NCBI GenBank assembly: GCA_025603075.1
Contig: MU626347.1
Coordinates: 19,492 to 83,491, forward strand
DNA length: 64,000 bases
Direction of reading: 5' to 3'
Source of the DNA: Neoconidiobolus thromboides FSU 785
Taxonomy: Eukaryota > Fungi > Entomophthoromycota
In this document: piece by piece, positions 11,636-25,223 of the stretch
Layout of the letters: each line of letters begins with the position of its first letter
Position numbering within the stretch: the stretch's first letter is position 1
Position numbers and translations under genes: made by a program
The notes under the pieces: generated by a model
Told to the model about the DNA's origin: nothing
The model's database searches: none
The model's input: only the letters and a program-made list of their open reading frames with translations

Positions 11636-12670
11636 AATTAATTAGGAAAATAAATAAAAAAATTAGATCTAATTTATTAATTGCTTTTGTTTTATATGTT
11701 GATTAATCATCCGTTTCTTGTATTATTTGTTCCGATTTTTTTGAATCTTTAATATACTCTTAGATAGCACTATTCTATCATACTACCAATAAGCTACAAC
11801 TAGAAGTAAAAATGTGACTAAAAATTGTAAACTAAATTTTAATGTTGATCATAACTATCATAGGGATGATCTATTGAATTAGTTTATACTCTTTTAATCA
11901 TAAATTTTATGAGCCATTTTTGGTCGTTACGTTAATTTCTTAAATCTTTATTTTTTTATTTAATCTTACATATTTTATAAGTGCACATCTATTAAATAAC
12001 TAGCTAGAAAATGACTTATACAATAGATATATCAAAACTTTCGATTTGTAGATGGTTGTTTATTTGTGTTGACTTATCTTCAAAAAACTGCTCCATTTCC
12101 AAACTATCCTTACCTTACCTTCCACACCTAACTAAAATAGAAGCTTCATTACAGCATATAGTAGATTTAGGAGCTCGAATTCGAAGCTAAGGGATTTTCA
12201 AAACTATAGGAGAATTATAAATCATAAGGATAGATATAAAATAATAAGTTTAGATAAAATTAACAAATAGTAGATAACTTTAATTATCAATTTGTAAAAA
12301 TCAAAGACTTTACTGCCTTTTTTTTTTTTGCCTTGTTTGGATTAATTTATACAATACAAATGAACGCCACCTAGTATTATGGAGCAGTTAAAACAAAACT
12401 ATTAAAACACTTTACTCTAATCTTTCTTAAATTGATTCATTTATTGCCTTTTTTTGAATTTTAAAGCCAAAACCTCCCAGTATGTTAAAATACTAAAAGG
12501 CTCTGTGAGTTTAAAATTTAAAAAAACCCAAAAATATTCTTTTATGAAAAGAGTTTTAAAATTTCGGCTTAAAATAGTATTCTATTATTATGCTTTTTGG
12601 CACTTAAAGTATATATATAAAGAAAGTGACAACTATTTTAAAAATTTCATTTATTGACATATAAAATAAA

Positions 12671-15646
12671 TTAATTATCTTCATTAAAAAGTAAATTCGA
12701 TTTTAAAAATTTACGCTTTAACCATTTGTATGATTCAGATAAAATTAAATAAATGAGACATGAGATAAAGATCATTATCCATTCCCAATCAATAGGAGCA
12801 TGTCGAAACACTTCATGATTAACACCTGGAATATAAATAGTTGGTATTAACACTATAGCACCGATAATAGCAGACAAAGTCAAAAACTTATTATTTTTAA
12901 GAGATTTTACTGATTTTAGTGACCATGTGGATTGGCGTAAAGAGCGACAATTAAATCCATGCAATAAAATTAATAGAGCAAGGCAAGCATAACAAGCTGC
13001 ACGTGCACGAAAAACTAACTCACATTGTTCACTATAAGTATCATTGCAACTTTCCCCAAGATCACCATTCCCATAAACAAAAATAACACAGATAAAGTTT
13101 ACTAAAGATAAAGTTCCCATAATGATACCATAATATAAAATGTCAGAAATGACTTCCCAAGTAAATAAGCCACCTTTAACTGGACGTGGATGCTGTTGCA
13201 TGATCCTTGGATTAGCAGGTTCCAATCCTAATCCCATAGCAGGTGGTGAAGAGGTAATCATATTTAAGAAAAGAATTTGAATTGGAGACATAGGAAACAC
13301 AGAATTTCCGCCTTTATCAATAAAGCATAAACCAATTATTAATACAACAATCTCAGAAGCATTAGTTGACATTAAATGTAACACGAATTTCCCAATATTC
13401 TCAAAAATTCTTCTACCCTCTCCAACGGCTTTGACAATAGTAGCGAAATTATCATCGGTAAGTACAATATCTGAAGCTTGCTTAGCAACATCGGATCCAG
13501 AAAGTCCCATACCAATTCCTACATTAGCAATTTTAAGGGAAGGGGAATCATTAACACCATCACCTGTCATAGCAGCTACTCTATTACGTCTATGTAGTGC
13601 TCTAATCATCTTAACTTTGGTATCAGGGCTACATCTAGCAATAACATTTGGTAATTCAAGCATGCTATCAATTTCATCTTCACTTAGAGCATCAAATTGT
13701 TGAGCAGTCATCACTAAATTACTACTAACATTAAGCGACATATGCCCTGGAGCTTGTGTATCAGAAGGGATAATACCAACATCCCTAGCAATCGCAGTAG
13801 CAGTAGCTGGATGATCACCGGTAAGCATATGAACATTGATACCAGCTTTATGGCATTCTAATACTGAAGCACGCGATTCTGGACGAGGAGGATCATAGAT
13901 ACCTACTAAGCCAATAGCAGTAAGGTTGGATTCAATTTGATCCCGAGTGTAATCCCTAGCTTTTGTTTTATCGAATTGATCAGTAATATCACGGTAGGCA
14001 GTACATAAGGTTCTTAAACCTTGACTAGCTAAATGTTCCATATGTGGGGTATAAAGGTTCTTTAAATGATCAAAGGAGTCGATAGGTAAAGAATTGCTTT
14101 GATTCATATAGGTAGTACATTTTTCAAGTACACGTTCCATGGCACCTTTGGTAAAAACGTATTTTTTTTGAGTTGGATAATGCAAGTAGACGACAGTCAT
14201 TAATTTTAGACTTGAATCAAAAGGAAATTCAGCTAATAACTCAAACTGATGATTACCATCAGTTTTAGTAAGTTTAGATTGTCCCATTTCAAGTTTATGA
14301 GCAAAAGCTTGAAGAGCATTTTCAGTTGGATCACCTAAACCAACCCATTCTCCGCTAGCTTTATCTTTTTTTAATTTAGCCATATTACATAAAGAGGCAA
14401 CTTGAATCAATCTTAAGGCTTGATCAGTTAATCCATCGGAATGAATTTTAGTTACATTATCACTTCCTTCATTATGATTTCTAATTAATGAATCATCTGG
14501 AGTTTCACCTTCATGTAAAACTTCGCCAATTGGAGTATACCCAGTGCCAGTTACAGAGAAATAGCCATAACCTGGTAACCAAAAACGAGTGAGTACCATT
14601 TTAGCTTGAGTCAAGGTACCAGTTTTATCAGAGCAAATATTGGTAACTGAGCCCAAAGTTTCTAAAGCAGTTAATTGACGAATAATAGCACGATTTTTTG
14701 CCATATTACGTACACCAGCAGCCATAGTTAATGTAATAACAGCAATTAAACCCTCGGGTATCATAGCAATAGAAACAGCAATAGCATAAATAACGACATT
14801 TTTTTCAATTACCCAACTATTGACAGAGAATACAATAATAGCTAGTAAGATGGCTAAACCAAATACGATTAAAGCCATGTTGTCCATTGTTTTTTGTAAA
14901 GAGGTTTTTTTACTTCCTTCAGAATCATTCAAAGTCTTTGCAATTTTACCAATTTCGGTATCCATACCAGTTGCAACTACAATAGCGATACCACGCCCTT
15001 TAGTTACTGTTGTACTGGAAAAGATTAAGTTTGTACGATCACCTACTGGTACATCTTTTTCATTAATTGTATCAGTGGTTTTTTCAACAGGAATAGATTC
15101 ACCGGTAAGTAAAGCTTCATCAATTGAGAGATTAAATTGTTCAACAATGCGGGCATCAGCACCAACCACATCCCCATTTTCAAGGATGATAATGTCACCA
15201 GGTACCAATTGATTGGTAGATACTTTACAACGATGCCCATTACGTATAGTGTTAGTAGTAGGTGAAGCCAGCCTCCTTAGAGATTCCATTGTTTTTTCAG
15301 CACGATATTCTTGGAAAAATCCAATAGCAGCATTAGTAAGGATGATAACACCAATAATAGTACCTTCTACCCAATCTTGAGATACAAAAGCAAGGGTCAT
15401 TGCAATAATTAAAATAGCAGTTAACATGTTTGCTACCTGCCTTAATAATATTTTCCAAGGAGATACACCGGAGTCACCAGATAGTTCATTTAAACCATAT
15501 TTTTGAGATAATTCTTTAAGTTGATTGTCATTAAGGCCTTCTTCTAGATCGGTAGAGTATAGAGTCACTACTTCATCAATACCCATGGTATGATAATAAG
15601 TAATAGAATTTTGAGTCACTCTTTTTTCTTTCTTTTTATGATGCAT
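12671..15646 (-). CDS. ENA1: P-type ATPase, type IID (ENA-like Na+/K+ efflux pump), 991 aa, intronless
   Basis: TGES, PEGL, DKTGTLT phosphorylation motif, MLTGDHPATA, TGDGVNDSPSLK and MGLSGSDVAKQASDIVLTDDNF, as in fungal ENA pumps. Confidence 0.85.
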   Translation of the reverse strand: MHHKKKEKRVTQNSITYYHTMGIDEVVTLYSTDLEEGLNDNQLKELSQKYGLNELSGDSGVSPWKILLRQVANMLTAILIIAMTLAFVSQDWVEGTIIGVIILTNAAIGFFQEYRAEKTMESLRRLASPTTNTIRNGHRCKVSTNQLVPGDIIILENGDVVGADARIVEQFNLSIDEALLTGESIPVEKTTDTINEKDVPVGDRTNLIFSSTTVTKGRGIAIVVATGMDTEIGKIAKTLNDSEGSKKTSLQKTMDNMALIVFGLAILLAIIVFSVNSWVIEKNVVIYAIAVSIAMIPEGLIAVITLTMAAGVRNMAKNRAIIRQLTALETLGSVTNICSDKTGTLTQAKMVLTRFWLPGYGYFSVTGTGYTPIGEVLHEGETPDDSLIRNHNEGSDNVTKIHSDGLTDQALRLIQVASLCNMAKLKKDKASGEWVGLGDPTENALQAFAHKLEMGQSKLTKTDGNHQFELLAEFPFDSSLKLMTVVYLHYPTQKKYVFTKGAMERVLEKCTTYMNQSNSLPIDSFDHLKNLYTPHMEHLASQGLRTLCTAYRDITDQFDKTKARDYTRDQIESNLTAIGLVGIYDPPRPESRASVLECHKAGINVHMLTGDHPATATAIARDVGIIPSDTQAPGHMSLNVSSNLVMTAQQFDALSEDEIDSMLELPNVIARCSPDTKVKMIRALHRRNRVAAMTGDGVNDSPSLKIANVGIGMGLSGSDVAKQASDIVLTDDNFATIVKAVGEGRRIFENIGKFVLHLMSTNASEIVVLIIGLCFIDKGGNSVFPMSPIQILFLNMITSSPPAMGLGLEPANPRIMQQHPRPVKGGLFTWEVISDILYYGIIMGTLSLVNFICVIFVYGNGDLGESCNDTYSEQCELVFRARAACYACLALLILLHGFNCRSLRQSTWSLKSVKSLKNNKFLTLSAIIGAIVLIPTIYIPGVNHEVFRHAPIDWEWIMIFISCLIYLILSESYKWLKRKFLKSNLLFNEDN

Positions 15647-17471
15647 GTTTATAATGATCTAGGTAGTGTTTTTCGGCCATATTTATAGTTGCTTTTAACG
15701 AAACTACGCAATTTTTACTAATAATGTGCATATCATAATATTGTATATCGTTGTATATATTCTTTTCTATTTAGAAACGGATACATCATGGTTTCAGTTA
15801 TTCTTTATAAAATAAATTAACTAGTTTTACATAAAACTTAGTATCTTTGAATACTTCTTTATTAATAGATGATAAATATCAATGCAACCACTTTTTTTAG
15901 CTTATATTATCATTCTTATTGTAAATTGATTTTTGGAATTTTCTTTTATTCTTGGATTTTAAAGCGCTTAGTTTCTGTAATGACGTCATTAAAAAGAACA
16001 AGCACCATCCAGTCAAGAATCTATGCTAAAAGCAACAGCTTTTCAAAAACAAGAATATTCTGAGTGTTCTAGTCTTGCTTTTAGAACATTTGAAAAAAAA
16101 ACGTGACTTTTGTTCTAGTTTCATGGGTATTTAAAAGCTATTAAGATGGTTTATCTTGTAGTTATGATAGTTATTTTAAGATTTTTTTTCATCTTTAGAT
16201 TAGTAATACGATTTGACTAAAGCAGATTATACCGTGGTGGTTTAGTCTTGGTAAACCTATTTATATTAAAGGCGGACATTAAAATCTTTGAGTTCAAAAA
16301 ATTGCCAAGAGCTTCAATTTCATGCAATGTTGAGATTTAAAGTTAAAGTCAAAGTAATAGTTTAATAACTTAATTAGGCTTTAATAATGTTAAACTTATT
16401 CTAGTTTAATAAGAAAATGAAAGTCTTTAATCATATTAAATGAACTTTTTTTGAGTTATCACTCATAAATTCATTATCCTAATAGTGCTTTGACATTAGA
16501 ATATTTCTTTTAGAATTTAAAGACCTGTTAGGCTTTTGTGATTTTATTGGTTTAAAGAAAAATTCGGAGTTAAAAGCTTATATAGAGCAAGGGGAATTAA
16601 AGAGTTATAAGCCCTTAAAAGTATTGAGGAAGCATTAGAATATTTGATATTTTTAAAAAGTTACTTTTGAGATGTGATTTGTGTTCAAAATTGAACTCAA
16701 TTATCTACTAAATAGGGCAATTAATTTGGAATCGCAAATACATCTATAATGTAAAGTTTATGGACTGTTCTTAAAAAAACTATCAATATAAGTGTACCAT
16801 AAAATTGGGATGCAAAATTAAAGTAATCGAAATAAATTACATCTATATATAGAAACCTATAGTTTTAACAAAGTACATAACCATAAAAAAGCAGCTATAT
16901 ATAAGACTTTTTCTTTTGTAACAAATCTAATACAAGACATGAACGAAAAATAATGTGGAGAAAATGGAATTTAACTACTTCATACCTAATTCAACCAATA
17001 AGGGTTTTATAATAGCTAAAACAAGTTTAAGTTACATGAAAATAGACTTATATACCAGCATATTAGGTGGCCTAGCTCTAAAGCTTAAAAGTTAATTAAA
17101 ATAATGGGGATCCAATTTTCGGATAAGAATTTTACAAGCAAATAGTTAATTTTCAGATTGCATAAAATAGCCAAAAAAATAAAACAAAAAATATTCATAA
17201 TAGTGCTCTTTCTTTTAAAAAGGATTTTAATTAATAATCTTTGATATGAATTGTGAGAATTATATATTTTTATTGAAATCCTTTATCTAATAAGCTTAAA
17301 ACATTAAAATAATCAAAAAATATTCTGATTTTAAATATTTGCAAACATGCTTAGTCAAATTTTGAAAAAATAGTTCAGTTTTAATCATTATAAAAATGAA
17401 AAAAAATTCATTTTTAAAACTTGGCAATTTAAAGATTCGGATTCGACAAAACGTAGGACAAAAATAAAGCC

Positions 17472-18773
17472 ATGGTTGATAAAAAGGAGACAAATAGTAG
17501 TCCTATATTACTAGATAAAAAGCTAGATGATGATACCATTATTAGTAAAAAAGGATTAAAAGAAGAAGAAGGTAGTAGTGAAGAGGAAGGTGAAATAAAG
17601 GAAGATGGGGAAATCGAAGATGGAGCTGAAGAAGAGGAGGGGATTGCAGTGGAAAAAGAAAAAGAAAAAGAAAAAGTTGAAATACCTAAAGAGAAAGCGA
17701 ATAAATTGAAAGAAAAAGAAAAGGAAATTTCAAAAGGAAATAATAAGGCTAAAGTGGAAGAAGATAAAATTAAAGTGGAGGAAGTCGAAGAAATGACAAA
17801 AGATATTAAAGAAATTGAAAATGAGGTGGAGGATAAAGATTATTTACCTAATATCAATGATTATCCAGAATATAAACTTGAAATGGGTAACAGTAATAGA
17901 GGCACAATTAAAAATGTAAAATGAGCTATATTATTAAATTAAAATATTAAATTTGTATCGTAGACACTTACCCTTAGAGAGAGAATATTGCTTAAAATAA
18001 AAGGCGAGCTACTTGAAGTTGAAGGTAAGAATAATATTACTAATTTAAAAGAATTATATATATAATATTTATGGATAGCTAAACCCAAGTTGATACAGAA
18101 AGAAACATTTATATCGGAATATCAAGATTTAAAGGAAAATTTGAAACCTAAGGAAGTAGTTAAAGAAGATAAAGATAAAGATAAAACTAAAATCAAATTA
18201 AAAAATGATTTAAAAAGAGAAAATGGATATCAAGGAAGAGAGAATAATCTCAATAACAATAAAAATAAGCAATTTAAAAACAATCAAAATCAAGGTATTA
18301 AACCAAGAAACTTGCATAATAATTATAAGGTAATTGAAAGTATCATTGCTTTATTTTAATGAAAATATTAATATTTAATTTAATTTAATTTAATTTAATT
18401 AGGATAAAAACCGAAGTAACAATAACATCAAACCATCGAATCATAACAAATTGAATAATTCTAAAGTAATTTGTAACTAAAACAGTAACCAAAACAAAGA
18501 CATTAATCAAATTTGATCTTTATTTAGAAACCCAACTTTAAAGAAAATTTAAATATAGTAGTTAAGCCCAAAAGATATACATCATTAGATAATGACTGTG
18601 CTACAGAAACAAGATTGCTTGATGCGCGACATAATGCTCCAATTGTTTATGATATTGATGATCCAGATCCAACCCCAGAAACTAGTAATCCAAATAAAAA
18701 AAGTTCAAAAAAGAAAGCCAAAAAAGCAAAACTAAAGGAGAATAATAATAATCTACCGGCTAAAAAAGATTAA
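17472..18773 (+). CDS. Hypothetical highly charged low-complexity protein (Glu/Lys-rich, then Asn-rich), ~5 exons
   Basis: ORFs 17472-17924 and 18090-18359 join in frame through GT-AG introns (...GTIKN|TLTLRERILLKIKGELLEVE|AKPKLIQKE...) and end ...NLPAKKD* at 18773; no family recognised. Confidence 0.6.
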
Positions 18774-20049
18774 TGGCTGACTGCTAGTGTAGAAGTGGTG
18801 TGTGGATGTTGTTTATAATTAAAAGAGTTATTTTTTTGTGAAAATATTGCTTTCATTTTATACCTAATGTCATTTATTATGTTATTGTTATTAAGTCAAA
18901 TTAATTTATAAAAAATTGATCATTTATGATTTGCTATAAGAAGTGCATTAGCCTATCAAACAGCATCAATTACAAATATGAAAACGACATTCATAGTTCT
19001 AATAAAACTGTTTTTTGTAGCTTAATAATTAATTTTTATTAAAGTAAATTATATTTTAATATGTTAGGTACAAGTTATAAAAAATTACTGATAATGGCTT
19101 AAAGAAAAAGATAAAGCAGATGTATATATAATTCAAATTGAGAGTAAATAATAATAATTGAGTTTAGCCCTTAATCAATATTACCCTAACCCAAGAGAAG
19201 TTTTTAAAATTTCAATTTTCAATTTTCCTCTAGAGCCTTTAATAATCAAAGTAAGCTTTTTATTTTGTTTTCATTAAGTATTATTATATAGTAGAATTTA
19301 TCAAAATTATTGACTAATTTTAAAATATTAAAGATAAATGGATAATGTTTTTAAATTGTAAATTTTTTATTATCCAACTTATTTTTAAATGTTCTAAAAT
19401 CTTTGTTTTTATGTTCTATTGTATATTGTTGACATTAACCGATAAAAAAAATAATTTGTTTTATATGAGTTTAAAATGATATATAAAATAGGAATGTAAA
19501 ATTAGTTAATAATTTGGATGATTCTTTATATTTAATTCAGATCCTCTCAACCATTAAAAAAAATTTCAATTTGTAAGGGTGAATTCATTATTATTATTAA
19601 CTTAGATGTATATGTATATTATAAAAAGAAAAAAAAGAATACAATTATATAATATAGAAAAACAAAATTGAATTAAATATTGATATATTTTTATTTGGTT
19701 TTTATACCTATCAATTAAGCAATTAGCTATCATTTAATTGTATAATTTTTGTTGAATATTAGTTTCTCTTTTCTCTTTTCTGTTGTAAGACTTTATCTAT
19801 TATTTCTTTTGTTGAGCCATATCTTTACTCAGAGGAATTATAAGATAGTACCTTGACGTTGGTCTCTGAGCTCTTAAATTTCATAGAGAAATTTGAGTCT
19901 AAAACTATCATTTATATTATAATTATAAATAAAAAATGAAATATAATAACTATTTTTAATATCAACTTTATTATTAATAAAATGTGGACTTTAAAAAAAC
20001 TTTTATATTTTAATTCGTATTATTATAACTTCTATTAATATAACTTGTA

Positions 20050-22604
20050 TTATTCTTTTTTCCTTTTTTTACAATTATTTTTAGCTAAATCTAAAATCCA
20101 ATGAATATCAATTTCAGAAACTTGCTTTAAGTAATGATTCTTAGTTAATAATAATTCATTATACATTATCGATTTAGCCTTTTCTCTACCAATCATTACT
20201 GATGTAGGATGGATTTTAATTATCTAATTGAATGTTAATATAATAATAAATATATAATAATATATAATAATATTATTACTTGATTTGAACCAAAGATAGT
20301 ATACTTATTTTCCTTATTTAAAATAGCAATGTTATCATAAAATCCAGTTAATAGACATTTTAATATAATTTGAGAATCACTGGTACTTATAGTTGGATCA
20401 ATTTCATTTAATTTACATATTTCTGTCAATTGATCTTTAATTTTCTGTCATAATAAAAATAAATTAATAATAATATATTATAAATAATAATATGCTTTAA
20501 ATTTAGACTTACTAATGCTTCATTGAGAGATTTATAATTTAAATAATGATCATTACAAAATTCAATCTTATTATGTTGAGTTATAAATTGTTTAAATATA
20601 TTTAATAAAGTTAAATGATCACCTATAGTAATTAATATATAATTAATATATAATTAATATATAATATATGATAAATAATATATTGTAATTAAATTAAATT
20701 AAATTAACTTACTATAATAATTAATAAACTTCTTTCTAGTTTCAGCGGCTTCTTCTTTTTTGTCATTAGTAGGATTAAAATAAATATTTTCAGTTGACAT
20801 AATCGAAATAATCATCAATATTTCTTTTGTACATTTAAAATTTTTAGATTCAATTAATACTTTACTAAATCTAGGCAATAAAGGAAATTTAGCCATTAGT
20901 TCGCCTGTTTCATTTAATTGACAATTTTCATTAATAGCTCCTAATATACTTAAATTACTCAATGTTTTTATCATTGATAATTTATTAGGTGGGTCAATAA
21001 AATTAAAACTAATGACATTTTTAATACCAGTTGCCATTAAATTTAATATTGAGGAATCTAAACTACATCTTTCTATTTCAGGTGTATCCATAGATAATAA
21101 ATTATTATATAATTCTTTAGTATATAATCGAATACAGCAACCTGGCCCTTCTCTACCTGCTCTACCTGCTCTTTGTATTGCTCCTGATTTAGATATAGCT
21201 CCTAATTGTAAAGCTTCTATCCCTGTATTTGAATTAAAAGAACGAAATTTGGCTAAACCTGTGTCAATCACATAATAAATTCCTGAGATTGTTAAAGAAG
21301 TTTCAGCTATATTAGTAGCTAATATACATTTACGTAAATTTTGATCTTGTATTGGCTGTAATGCTAATTTTTGTTGTTCTTGTGGTAAACTAGAATATAA
21401 TTGGTATATTTTAAGCTAAACAAGATAAACAATTAATAAAGTTATATATAATTTAACTAAATGATATTACTTTTTTTGCTTCTTCATTGTTACTTTCTTC
21501 AATTAATTTATCTAGAATTAATTGACAAGTTTCAATTTCTTCTTGTCCTGGCAAAAATACTAGAATATCTTTAGTATTACGTTTATCATCATTATTAGCA
21601 ACTTGTTTTAATGGATTAGTAAAGTGAAGTTGCATAACAGTTTGTGCAGCTGATTCAATATAACTTTCTTGTGGATTACAAACATTTAATATTTCTACTT
21701 TATTTCCACGACCTGGAATTCGAATTATTGGCGCACTATAAAATTAATTCAATATTTTATAAAACTTCCTATGTAAAAAAAGAATATTTACTTATCATAA
21801 AATTGAGAAAATTTTTTGGAATCTAAAGTAGCTGACATAATAATTAAATGAAACTCTTGTTTCAATATATTTCTTCTATAATTAACAATTTGTTTCAATT
21901 TGCCCATCAAAAAATCATTACGAATAGTTCTTTCATGAGCTTCGTCCAATATGATAATTTTATATTGTAATAAATATTCATCATTTTGCACTTCTCTTAA
22001 TAACATACCATCCGTTACATATTTTATAATTGTATTGAAATTCGTTTTATCATCAAATCGAACTGAATAACCTACTTTTCCGCCAAGTTTACAACCAACT
22101 TCTTGGCTTACTCGTTCAGCTAATGTAGTACATGCTACCCTTCTAGGTTGTGATATACCTACTTTATGATCTTTATCGACTATTGATTCTTCATATAAAT
22201 ATTGCGGTATTTGTGTTGATTTTCCAGAACCGGTTTCAGAAACTAAAACAGTTACTGCATTTTCTTGAACAAGTCTTAAAAGTTGTTCACGAGCTAAGAA
22301 ATATATTAATATTCTAAATGAATATAAAATATAAAAACTTACATTTATAAATTGGTAAATTCTGTCTTTCTGATTGAAACTTTGGTAATATTTTATTTTT
22401 ATGATATCCATTGATATGATTATGTTTATGTTTACTATTATTATCAGTAAATTTGATTGAGTTGGACTGTTTATTATTATTAAAATAAGTAGTAATCTTT
22501 GGTTGTTCTTGTTGACTATTATTGCTATTATTATTTAACTGTTTCTTTTTTAATTTTCTTTTTTTATTTTTACTTAATATTGATTTGACTTGATTATTAT
22601 ACAT
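20050..22604 (-). CDS. DEAH-box RNA helicase, DHX33/Dhr2-like (multi-exon)
   Basis: SETGSGKSTQIPQY, SQPRRVAC, DEAHER, MSATLD, DILVFLPGQEEI, QRAGRAGREGPG, HA2 and OB-fold regions. The Lys-rich N-terminus and C-terminal end fit DHX33/Dhr2. Confidence 0.85.
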
Positions 22605-25223
22605 AGGTTGATTTGAATTATATGTACTCCTTTTTGCTGAAATTAATCTAAATTTTAATAGAAACAGATTTTAACTAAATTTTAATTTAAAAAATTAGTT
22701 TGGAGGTTTATTGGTTATTATTAAAATTAAAATTAATACGAATTTCACAATAAAGTAGAAGAATTTTTCTCAGGTATTCTTTGAAATCTCAATATCCCAT
22801 AAAGATTCAAAATCCTTATTAAAAGGAGTAAAATTGGTATTTATTAAAGTTCTTTTTATTAATGTATTTAATTTTCAGTTCTTTACTTTAAACAGAATAT
22901 ACGCTTAAATAAAAAATAATAAGGGATAAAAATAAAAGTCATCTAGAACTATTAAAAATTATAAATTTTTATCAAAAAAAATAATTGCTATATAATTAAA
23001 AACTAATTCTTTATCAAAAAGGAAAGGGATATTATTTTTGATTATCCAATCAATGTTTGAATTAAAAATAACTTAAGTTTTAATAATCTGATCAATATGT
23101 ACTAAGTTATTTGAAATTTTAAAATACAAAATTATAACTTTTATAATTATAAGTTTTTTAAATTTACTATATCTACTGACTATTTCTTAGCTTTTATATT
23201 AGTTAACATATTTATAATAAAGTACCTTTAATTAAAATTCAGACTGAAAATTATAATATAAAGTTTATAAACTAATCAACTTTACTTTGTTGCTAATAAA
23301 AAGAATAGCATCATTCATATTATATATGCTTAAAATAGTTCTCTTTTATTAGATTATTAAATGATAAAATAAAACCAATTTATACTATAACGAAATTAAA
23401 AGCAATAAAAACAATATCAATACAACTATTATGATTTATAATATAGATATTAAAAGTTAATTGAGAAAAATAAAAATTATTAATTTTATGCAAACTTGCA
23501 CTAAACAATATCATATAATAGAATAAATTAACTTATTTCCCATTTGTTGTGAGTTTTTGAGTTGAAATAGATATAAATAATTTATCAAAATCTTTGGTTT
23601 ATATAATACTTTATAGACACTGTTAGCTATTTTATTTTACTTTATACCTTTATTCAATGATCTGGTTGTTTTTACCTGATAGTTGTAAATGAAATGATAC
23701 CATAATTTAACAAAATTACATAACTATATTTTGTAACTTGTTGTCCTCAACATAGTTAATTTTGGAGTCAAACTTTTTACATTCAGATCCTTATTAGACT
23801 CCCAGTTTATTGATAAATTCGATCATGCTACCACTTGCATTGCCTTAAAATAAGATACCCTTTGACTAGTTTGAGGAGACTATATTGTAATAGTTAAATG
23901 AATTATCTTAAAGCCATCATAAAGCTTTTTACTTTTATAGTTTTTATATAATGAAGACAAATAAGTAAAATAGTACTATCAGATAAGCTTTTGCAAAGTG
24001 AAAACTAGAAAATAAGTTAAGAAACGCTAATTTTAAAAAGGCGCTAAATCTCATATAGAATCTAAAAACGTCTTATAGCTATTTGTTTTTAAAAGATATG
24101 TGTAATCCATTACAATATATATTATTTATTTATACCACCTTGATTATACAATAAATAAAATGAACTCCTTTTAAAACAACAACTTTACCTTCTCTTTTGT
24201 AACCTAAACCAATGTTGTAATTATAGTTAAAGTATAGTGATTATCAAATTAAAGATTCTATTTTTATTTTTATTTTTACCTAATATTATGAATATTAAAA
24301 TTAGATCGTCCACAATCATAAATACTTAATATTGTCGGATTCAACCCCTTTATACAGCTCACCAATACTTTAATTTTTAAGTATTCTTTAACGGCACCAG
24401 AGGAGATTAATGAATAACAAAAAGATAATAATAAAATTATAGATAGCTTTGAATTACTCATCTACTTTTAAGTAAAGGTTTACTTTGGCTTTGAAGTAGA
24501 TGTCTCACTACTTACAATGGATATACCATCATCAAAGTCATTTAATCGACCCCTACCTCAATCAATCTATTTTTTATATGTTCGTGTTTAAATCTTTGTT
24601 TTTGAAAAATTCGATTAACTAACAAATGCTCCTAAAAATCTTATCTTTCCTATAGTAACAACTTCCTTAATACTAACTAAATATTTTTTACCTGGTTTAT
24701 TGAATCTTTTAGCTTAATTGTTTTATCTCCCTTACCAATTACCACACTTTATCTTTTAATACTCTATGTTATACCATCCACTCTTCTTCCCCATCTTTTT
24801 TAAAATTTATACTTGTAAATCTCAAGCGTATAATAGCTTATTTCTATGTTCCAAATTAAATAGCATCGTCACTGAAATTATATATATTTGATCTTAATGA
24901 TCGTTTAGAAATAAACTAGACTAATCTAAGCCAATAAAATAACTATAAGGAGTAGATGAGCTTCTTGTACCTTAGCTTTAATGTTATTAGTTGCTAGCTT
25001 TATATTACAGATAAGTTAATGTTAAAGGAGATTGATATTTCTACTATCTATAAACAAAATGTATTAATTGATCAAATTATCTTATTGAATTATTAATGTA
25101 TAATCTATATTTAAAGAACGGTAGCTATACCTAAAATTAAACTTAATAATAATTGTTAAAAAATATTTATACATTTATTTAGCAAGCTTGATTATATTCA
25201 TAAAATCTTAAATAAATCTTTAA

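Noticed and set aside
13431-15240. ORFs 13431-13703, 14820-15212 and 15043-15240
   Set aside because: Antisense or off-frame shadows of the ENA CDS
16231-16320. A-box/B-box-like words (TGGTTTAGTCTTGG...GAGTTCAAA) suggesting a tRNA or SINE
   Set aside because: No cloverleaf pairing, no acceptor stem and no second copy
24276-24840. Minus-strand fragments DGEEEWMV...KKYLV (chromodomain-like) and a signal-peptide-like 61-aa ORF
   Set aside because: Multiple stops and frameshifts; neither a spliced gene nor an LTR-element relic could be built with confidence
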